64,000 bases of DNA from positions 372,001 to 436,000 of the forward strand of contig JAAOMT010000046.1 in the NCBI GenBank assembly GCA_016748015.1. The letters are read 5' to 3'. Below are positions 54,801 through 64,000 of the stretch, in pieces. Source of the stretch: Geosiphon pyriformis uo1. Taxonomy: Eukaryota; Fungi; Glomeromycota. The position numbers were made by a program, and so were the translations under genes. The notes below the pieces were generated by a model that did no database searches, was not told the DNA's origin, and saw only the letters and a program-made list of their open reading frames with translations. The first letter of the stretch is position 1, and each line of letters begins with the position of its first letter.

Positions 54801-56493
54801 ATGCACATCTCCAATAAACAGACACTGCACCTAACACCAAACACATATTAAAAATATCTAACAAACCACCCAAGACCTACACATCACCATGTTTCCAAAG
54901 CTTGTTAGGAATGCCAGACAAACCAGCAGCTTTATCATCAGGCAAACACTTAACCACTTAAAGAAATTCATCAGACCCTATATTGCACATAACTTTTGAG
55001 AATGCATCATTGTTAACATAACTTAGGGGAGCATATTGGGCAGTCCAGCAAGCAAACAGAACATTAGAGATTGCATGCTTTCTCATCTAATCTTTTATGA
55101 TAGTGTCGACTGCAAATTTAACTTCACCAGACTCCAAAACCAAATCATTATTAACCACCAAATGGTTGAGAACCATCTTACAAAAAGGCCATTCCAAAAC
55201 ACTTTTAATCATGCGGCCCTTGTCAGTACAAAAATTTTCCATGTACTTGTTAACCACTTTTCTAATAGCAACATTCCTGGCATTCCTGGATTCAAAATAC
55301 TTGGACCTACAGTATCTTTTTTTAACACCAAACAAATGGCCAAGAATTGCATTATGACCAGCACCATTATCAACCATGGCGTGAAATTTGGAGGCTTCCT
55401 CAAAATCAACAACAGACCAGGTGTCAATGAAGTGGTTAGCTATTGGATTCCAATGCAAACTCAAATCCTTTACTAGTTTGGAGATTAACAATTCTAGCTT
55501 AAAGAACTTTGAAGAAATCTTATTCCTTGAACACTCAAAATCATTAAACCAGAACTTAGAAAACACTCAATCAGCAGAGCAAACTACTATCTCCTTAAGA
55601 ATGTCCCACATCTTATCTAAATTACCATTATTTTTTGCAACATCAAAGTCCACAGATTTCAACTAAAACTCACTAGAAGAATACTCTCTAAATTGCAACT
55701 ATTGATTATCACTAGCTGACTTAATTTTGAACTTCCATTTGTTCCTGTTGGTCTGCTTATACAAGCTGTTCAAATTGATATTTACAAGACCACCCAAACC
55801 AACTAAGACCAAGACCACCTTATGATCAAATTCAAAAAATTCAGAAGCAGAACTAACAGCACACTCAGCGACCACAGAAGCCAAACTTGCACTAACAAAA
55901 ACAAAGTCTATGGTCTTTTCAACCCCTCTAAAATTGCTCCATATGGAAGTCTTAATCAAAGAAGATCTACTGAATGAGTTAACCAAACCCAAATCTGAAC
56001 AGAACCTGAAACATGTACTTCTTCTTGAACCACTCTCATTGAAATTCCCACCAATAACCAAGAAAGTACTAGAGTTGACAGTCTTAGCAATAAATGCACT
56101 AATCTTTAAGGCCTGACTGAATCTAGCTCCAGCTGAAGCACTAGCATATAAACCCAAAATTGAAACTAAAAGCTTGCCTTTGAACAAAAGCCACACCAAA
56201 ATAACCCTATCTGGAATTTTCTTAATTTTGCATATATAACAGGCCAGATTATTGTCTATAATTATTGCTACTCTGACACCAAGAAAGCCCTTATTCAAAC
56301 CCGTCAAAAATATTCTTACTCCATCAAACTTATTGGCTATTTATGGCTTAGTATTAGACCTTAACTTCGTCTCTGTAATAATAGAAACCACATTCTCAGA
56401 TTCTTTATGCCAATAAACAACATCTTCCTGCTTGGTAGGAACATTGATACTCTGAACATTATAGGTAGCTATCTTCCAGATCAAACCACTCAT
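51808..56493 (-). pseudogene. LINE ORF2 (AP endonuclease-RT-RNase H-Zn)
   Basis: KIATYNV, ITETKL, IGGNFNE, TIDFVFVS, DHKVV; KAAGLSGIPN, LVFQDMYKMYDSV, AFIDDTI; VYTDGS, AELQAIALA, KVKSYSGVVGNEYAN; CIHCGLIKDSDHTFLC. Confidence 0.92.
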
Positions 56494-58367
56494 TGAGAAG
56501 AAGAAGAGACCAATGAACCTGAACCAGCACAGATCAGCTCTAACTTCACTAAAACTGAACCAATAAAGATCTCAAGAGCTACTAACTTAGATTCCAAACA
56601 GCTTATCTTAGTGATTAGAATCTTGGAACTACTAGGACCCAAAACTGAGACTTTATTAGTAATAAAAGAGAGAGAAGAGTCTACCACCTCAAATTCATTC
56701 ATAACTGTATCTATAACTAAACCCAAATCAGAAATTGCAGAGCCAATTGAAGCCTAAGAGGGAAGAACAGAAACCAGAGACACTAATTTCACATTGTTGA
56801 GCTTACACACAATACCAGAAACTTGATCTGTCAAAAGTTCAAGAGAATGCTCCAAAGATACCAAATGTGCACCCAAAGAAGAATTACCAATAAGAAAAGG
56901 AGGAAAAAAACCACCCAAGATAGAAGCACCAGAGCAAAGAGAACCAGCACCAAAGCCAGTAACCAAACCATGAGTAAGTGAGGCCATCAAAACCATTTGA
57001 GCCCATGACTGGCTACCAAAAGCAGCAGGATGAGAGATAGAAATGTTTTTCTTAGTATACAATCTGGTCAATTGAAGTCAGTCTATACCAAAAGTATTTC
57101 TTCTAAAAAATTTTGGGGTTGACAACACAAAAACATCAGAGGCATTACACTCCAAAGATAAGTGGCCAAATTTCCCATATCTCTCATACTGAACCAAGTT
57201 CAACCTAGCCCAAAAAAGTTTTATGCCACCAAAAATTGGTTCAGTATGAAATGCAGACTCAAAACCACTTTCAGACTCAAAGTCAACAATGGCACAGCAA
57301 GTTCGATTGCCAGTTTTTAGTGAATAATTAATTACACACATTTTCTCACTAGTCCTATCCAATAGAGTACAAAGATCATGTGTGGTTGTTCCCACTGGCA
57401 AAATAAACAAAAGCACCCTAAACCAGTCTTTAAAAGCCCAAGTCTCACAATCTTCTATGGCCATGGCTATATGCACAGAATCTTTCCCAATCAAAAATAA
57501 CTATTTAGATGCTAGCTGTATAGCCTGGCCCAAATTGGTGAACTCTACCACAGCCTTTTGCCATATGCCAATTAGTTGCACCTTGATTAACTTGATATCA
57601 CCAAATTCAGAGACTGTGGCAACAATTATTTCTTTAGGTGTATTCATGGGAATTTTCTTGATGATCACAGCCTGATCTGAGCAAAAATCCTGTTTTCTGA
57701 GATTGGTGTTTACAATGATTCCATTTTTTTTGGCCAATGATGAGGCCCATTTCATGTTTTCTATCAAAGTGAAGATAGATTTGATAATTCCTTCAAATTT
57801 TGAGAAGATAGTGGCCCCCCCAAAACCATTGACTGTTGAAAAAATTTTCCTGATAAACTGAGTCTTTGCTGTAGCAGACTTGCCCTCCACTGCCAAAAAG
57901 TTGATATTTAGAGCAAATGATTTCCTAACAAAAACTTCCACAGAAGTTTTCATAATTTTAGGATCTATCCATTTCTTTTCCAAAGATATACTGAGGGGAG
58001 ATGGAAGGAGTTCTACTTTTTCTTCTATTTCATAATTGGGGGATCCAAAAGGGAAACCAAAGACCATGCTGGAATCCACACTTTTTGCTCTAGGAGTATT
58101 GGCTGCCGAGCCTAAAAGTGACCCACTGTTGATGTTTTCCATGACTGTATTGTCTTCACTACAACTAGACTCACTATCTATGTTCGAATATATGTCATCA
58201 GAACCAAGTTTGACTAAAGAAATGTTTTTTTCATCACCTGAATGTTTAACATTACCAAGAACCACTTTTTTCTTTTGGGAGAAAGAACTACTAGCAGGAC
58301 CATAGAGAGTGCTCTTAGGTGCTTTTTTCTTAGACATATCACTGCCAGAAGCAGCCTTTAAATCCAT
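56490..58367 (-). pseudogene. LINE ORF1 (RRM-like domains, CCHC knuckle, coiled coil)
   Basis: AVIIKKIPMNTPKEII...EFGDIKLIKVQLIGIWQKAVVEF, a decayed knuckle QYERYGKFGHLSLEC, and LVSLEHSLELLTDQV. Confidence 0.85.
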
Positions 58368-58499
58368 GATGAAAAGGTTATTAGTTAAAGAAATGTTAAT
58401 ATAAATTTAACAGGAAAAAATAAAAAAACTTCTTTTTTAGAAAATGTGCTCTTTAAAGATTATTTGGAAGTAAGAAAGAAAGAAGTTTTTTTTTTTTAA

Positions 58500-61400
58500 T
58501 TATTATATTATATTTTAAATTCTAAATTAATTTATCAAAAAATTGTACAATAATATTTTTTAATAAATATATTTATTATATTTAACAGATTTTTAAATAA
58601 TAATTACATTGGCCAAAAATTTTAAATCAGCTAAACTTAAAATTAATTATGTTTAAATTACTAAATAGATTATTTAATTTAAATATTAAGTTAAAATAGT
58701 TTAATAAGAACATTAATCAAAAATTAAAGAAATATTTAGCTAATAATCAAACTGTATATTAATCTTTATAATATTATAAAAATAGTTAAAACAATAATTG
58801 TTTTTAAATTTAACAAAAAACTTAAATTTTGTTATTATTATTATAAATAAAATTATGTTAAAATTAATTATTGTTTATAATTATCTAACCAATAATCAAA
58901 AAATCAATATTAAAATTCTGATTATTAATTTTAAATACCAAATTACAGATTTAAAAACTCATAAAAACAATATTAGACATTTTAATATTGTTTAATAATG
59001 TTATAATTATAATTTTAACAACTAATTTGCATATTTTATTTTCAATTATAGTTTTATATATTAATTACAATTATAAAAACCAGTACTATAATTATAATAA
59101 TTACATTTACAATTTTTAGCTTTAGCATAAAATTCAAAATTAAGAACTATTTAACAAAATTAATAATTAATAATAATTATTTATTAGCCAATTTCTAATA
59201 ATACTAGTTAACAACTAGAAAATTATATCAAAAATTTGGAAAATATGCAGTTATAATTCCCAAATTTTCAAAACTATTTAAGCTTTTTTGTTATAACTAA
59301 AAATCAACAATCCAATAATAATAACAATAAGAATATTATTTTATCTATTATTATTATTATTAAAGACAATATTTTTGTTATTATTTTTTTTTAACTTAAA
59401 TTTAAGTTTATAAAATATTATTTAATAAAGCAGTTTTAAACTTTAACAAACTTATTACTATTATATATACAGATATCAAAGTTAATAATTAATTTATTAA
59501 ACTTATTTTTGATAATAATTTAACAGATAATATTATTATATGACAATTTATAAACTATTTAATTATGTTGCCAATATACATATTATTACTATTAATAAAA
59601 CTATAAAAACTCTAATTAACAAAATTAACAACTTTTTTTAAAATTAATAATTGTTGTTAAGATTTTTAATATTAATTTTAAATCTATATTGGTAAGTAAA
59701 TAAAGGTTTAAAATTATAAAAATATGTTTTAAATATCTAAAATCAAATTTAATATTTGTTTTATGTATTTTTTTAATTATGTCTTTATTATTTTTACTGA
59801 ATTATTTAAGTTTTTGTTTTTTTAATAAATTAAAAAGTATGATGTATTATTTAGTTTTAAAAGTAGTATTTAAATTTTTATTAAATTTGAAAGTAGTATT
59901 TAGATTAAAATTAAGGCTTAATTTTAATTTACTTATTTTACTAATTGGTTTATTAATTTTAAAAATTGAATAAATAATATGTGATAATAGATTGTAAACA
60001 AGATTATAATTATTGCAATATTTGAATTAGCATAAAATAAGACAGTATTTACAAAGTTAAGTATTAAGATTAACAAGTTTTTATTCTTGCTTTTTTTTTT
60101 GTTAATATTAGTAATTAGTAGTATTTATTAAATTTTACTAAATTATTAAATAAAACAAAAAATAAGTCTGGAATAAAATTTTTAATAGGTGTATTTTTAA
60201 TCACATAAAATTTTTCTTTTATAATACTATTATATTTGGTAGTTATTATTCTTTAGATTTTATTTTTATTATATAAACAACTATTTAAGCAAAAAAAAAT
60301 ACAATTATAAACTGCTTATAATAATATATTTTTTTTTATCTAATTATAAATAAAAATTATATATTAACATAATTTATTACATGTTTTTTCTTTTTTTAAA
60401 ATGTTATTTTATATTTCTAAAAAAAATTTTTTAAATTAGACAAAACTTATTATCTTATTTTTTTGTTATTTTAAATAGCCAAATTGCTTTAAAATATATA
60501 AGTAACAATATAATTTTATTATTATTGAATATTTTTTATTATTATTATAATAAGTATTTATAAACAAAAAATTTTTTTATAATTAATACAAATAAGTTTT
60601 GGCTATTAGTAGTATAGATTTTTTAGTATATTATATAATTATTAAGTAATTGCTATAATGTTTTTTTTAATAGAATAATACATAAATAGAAATAATAATT
60701 TATGGTTTTTTTGTTTTTTTTTAAGTTAGCACAATTAATAAGTTGGTTCTAAAATTATTAATCCAAGAAACTTAATATGTTTTTAAAATATATATATATA
60801 TTTTTAAGTTAATAAGTAGTGTTTTGTTGTTAATCTTAAAATGTTTACATATTGCTAATATTTATATATAATGTCTTTAATAATTTAATTAAAGCTTTTA
60901 AATATTCTAGTTGAATATAATATTGGTCTTGAATAGTTAGTTATTATTAACAAGAGCTTAATATTATATAGCTTTTATAATAAAAACTTTAATTAATATT
61001 ATAATATTATTAACTTTAAATAAAAAGTTATTAATTTTGTTTATTGAAATTTTTATGGTTTTATTAACTATAATAATATATGTATTAGTAATATAATTAA
61101 TTTGGCAATCTAATTAATTTATATATTATTATGTAATAATACTGTTTGTTAAACTAATATTAAAAATAAGCTTAATAAATTAACTATTAATTTAGTATTT
61201 GTATATATAGTAATAATAAGCTAAATTAAGTTTAAAATAACTTTATTAAACAATAATTTTTTGTTTTCCAATTTAAATAGAAAGATAACAATAAAAATAC
61301 TATTTTTAATAATAAAATTATGTTATAATTATTGATATTATTATTAAAAAATAAAATTTTAATTATAACAAAAAGACTTAAATAGTTTTGGAAATTTAAA

Positions 61401-62170
61401 AAAATAAATTGCATATTTTCTAAATTATAGTATAATTTTTAGATTTTAGATTAACTATATTAAGAACTAATTAAAATATAATTATTATTAATCTCTAATT
61501 CTTTTGAATAATTTTAAGTCTTGAATTTTGTAATTAAGTTAAGAATAGAAGTTGAAATTAATATTATAATACTAATTTTTAAGCTAATAATTAATAGACA
61601 ATAAGTAGCTGTAATTAAAAATAAAAAATATATATTTGTTATAATTAGAATTTTTATAATATTATTAATGAATAATATTATAATAGTCTGGTATTATTTT
61701 AATTAAATTTTAAATTTATAGTTCAGAATTTGAATTTTTTAATAAAAGTTTTAATATTAATTTTTTAATTTTTAAATAATTTTGTTTGTAATAATAATAA
61801 TAGATTTAAGTTTTTTGTTATTATTAATTTGATAATAATAATAATCAGAATTAATTCTAAACATAATTATTGTTTTATTAATTTTACAATATTACAGAGG
61901 CTAATAGATAGCTTAATTATTAATTAAGTATTTCTCAATTTTTTTATTATTATTACTAAGCTGTTTTAATTTAGTATTTAATTTAAATAATTTATTTATA
62001 ACTAAATTCATAATTTAAACATAATTAGCCTTAAGTTTAACTGATTTAAAATTTCAAACCAATATAATTGCTGTTCAGAGATTAGTTAAATGTGTTAAAT
62101 ATATATATAACAAGATATTATTATATAATTTTTTAATAAACTGGTTCAAAATTTGTGATATTATATTATA
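58500..62170. mobile_element. Two convergent, nearly all-AT relics of the same dUTPase-Gypsy group: + strand ~58500-59655 (gag-PR) and - strand ~59660-62170 (gag-PR-Cys-dUT start)
   Basis: PNFQNYLS motif at ~59260 (+) and ~61385 (-; ORF 61232..61414 'NFQNYLSLFV'). Decayed protease, CxxC and FDLRY segments align to Gypsy-0/2. Confidence 0.7.
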
Positions 62171-62784
62171 ATTAATTTAATTACTTAAATTTAATATAAA
62201 CAATAATAATAAAAGTATCTCAAAAAGCTTTAGTATTATTTTAATTATGTACAATAATAGTTTTTTTATATTATTTGGTCAAACTTAAATATTGTTTTCT
62301 TTGTTAATAAATTTTTTTAATTTGGCAATTAATACATATGCTATTAATATTACAAATAGAAAAAATAAATAAATTAATAAAAATTTTAGATATATAAATA
62401 ATACTAATAGTAAATTTGCTAATATAATTAAAATTATCAAAGTTTGAACAAATTTTAAAGTTTAATTTGCCAAAGTTTAAGATACAATCTGATTTATAAT
62501 TGGGTTTTTTTGATTTTTTTCTTTTGATTTGGTGTTTTTTTAATTGTAATTATAACTAAGATTAAGTTTTAATAGCAAAGATTATAATAATAGTAATATA
62601 AATAGTTTTGACCAAAATTCTTTAAAGAATTTTTCATATTTTTTTACTAAGTAATTGTTTTTAGAGTAATTTTGAAAAATAAATTTTGGCTTGGCTGTAA
62701 ATATTAACACAGTTTTTAATAAAATCTAAATAGTATTATCAGCTATATAATAATAAAATAGTTTAATAATAAAATAATTTAAAG

Positions 62785-64000
62785 TTTTTTTTTTTTTTTT
62801 TTTTATTGTTTAATGAATAAGGCCCAAATGCTATCTAGTACAATACATCAAACTAAGTGATCTAAACTAGGCACAAATCATGCACTTTTTACATGTGACC
62901 AGCTACTTAGACCAATTAGAGCAACACTATAAATCTAACAGAACAAACACTACACTATTAACGCCAACAAAAAAGCAACAATGTTTGCAAAAACCAAAAC
63001 AGATACTAAGAGCCTTAGCAATCCTAAGTAACTTCACAACCCAATCTAAGAATAAACATGACAAACCATGAACTATAGGAAAAGCAGAAACATGATGGGA
63101 AATCAAACTACTCTTCTCCATAAAAGCCCTGTATTTAGCCCTAACCAACCAAATTTCAGCACAGTAAGCAGCACTTATATTCTGAACAAAATTAACAATA
63201 AAATTCTCCACAAACTTAGCATCATCAAAAATAGACAAGGCTTCCAAAAATCATTTCTTAAACAAGAAGCCCTTGCTCACAGTAGTATATAATACATTAT
63301 CAGAAGCACACAATGAAAGCACCTGCAAGATCCGAGAAAAAGAAAAATCCAGACTAAACACAATATGCCAAACAGCCAGATGAGATACAATCAGGTTTTT
63401 ATGGACACCAAAGTTGAACAAACACACAAACAAATGATCAAAACTTTCCATCTTTCCATAGTGAAAACACAAAACACTTGAATAGGCTCTATTATACAAA
63501 TGCTTTTACATAACAACCAACAGATGGTAGTAGAGTGTCTTCAAAAAATATGAATGCAAATTAGCCATAGACTTATAGATAAATTCAGTCACCAAGTATG
63601 AGTCAGGGTGCCAAATTAAAGCAGTGTGAATCTAATCCACATCACTGATCAAGTTTTTATCAACAACATCAGAACATCAGAACCAGGCCCAACTTCCCAA
63701 TGGGCACAATTCACAGATCTGAAAACTTTATAGACAATATGTCGAATGTTACTAGACACTGCCATTTCATTAGTCTTAAAGTACTTTTCTTTTATTAAAA
63801 CAGGAAGCACCAAATCAAAACCAGCAGCCAAACCAGCCAACACATCAATATGTTCATTATCCAAAACACCTGAATGTTTTTTAATCTTGTACCAAAAAAT
63901 GTCAAGTCTTTTCTTCCTAATAAAATTAACAATACCATGCTGCTCTATTCAATAACAATTGTGAAAGACTAGAGAAGCCAAAGCCAATTCAGCAACACAA
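62785..64000 (-). mobile_element. 3' end of another LINE (RNase H end, Zn region, 3' tail, 20-nt poly-A), running off the window end
   Basis: DNEHIDVLA, WHPDSYL, VLCFHYGKMESFDHLFVC, EIWLVRAKYRAFMEK; poly-T at 62785-62804. Confidence 0.9.

Larger units (their letters stand above)
51664..58485 (-). mobile_element. Full-length (~6.8 kb) degenerate LINE with RNase H (L1-like organisation)
   Basis: ORF1 + ORF2 (APE, RT, RNase H, C-terminal Zn motif), conserved 3' tail, AATAAA/A-tail at ~51665-51686. Confidence 0.93.

Noticed and set aside
58798-59973. Hydrophobic Ile/Leu/Phe/Asn/Lys-rich small ORFs resembling mitochondrial or endosymbiont genes
   Set aside because: Composition artefacts of AT-saturated Gypsy relics; no organellar gene motifs.

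Overview
Eukaryotic (fungal), very AT-rich, transposon-dominated DNA; the TE repertoire is consistent with a Glomeromycotina/Mucoromycota-type genome (inference). There is one host gene: a 6-exon importin-alpha gene (minus strand, 26030-28126, 531 aa, one GC-AG intron) in a ~3 kb CpG-containing island. Nearly everything else is nested, decayed retroelements. (i) Three Ty3/Gypsy LTR elements (10385-21012, 30155-40077, 40219-49513) and two solo LTRs have (degenerate) TGTTAC...GTAACA termini, and 4-bp TSDs where a TSD is present. They share an unusual layout: N-terminal domain-Gag-protease-Cys-rich domain-dUTPase-RT-RNaseH, then integrase in the +1 frame (seen in the two copies that retain the junction), then a conserved extra sense ORF before the PPT. 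(ii) LINEs encode RRM/CCHC ORF1 and APE-RT-RNaseH-Zn ORF2, joined by an ATGA stop-start overlap. (iii) An ORF1-only polyadenylated element family and an ORF2-deleted LINE carry the LINE 3' tail. All repeats show pervasive C>T/G>A decay in all dinucleotide contexts, ending in nearly pure-AT relics. No RNA genes or CRISPR arrays are supported.
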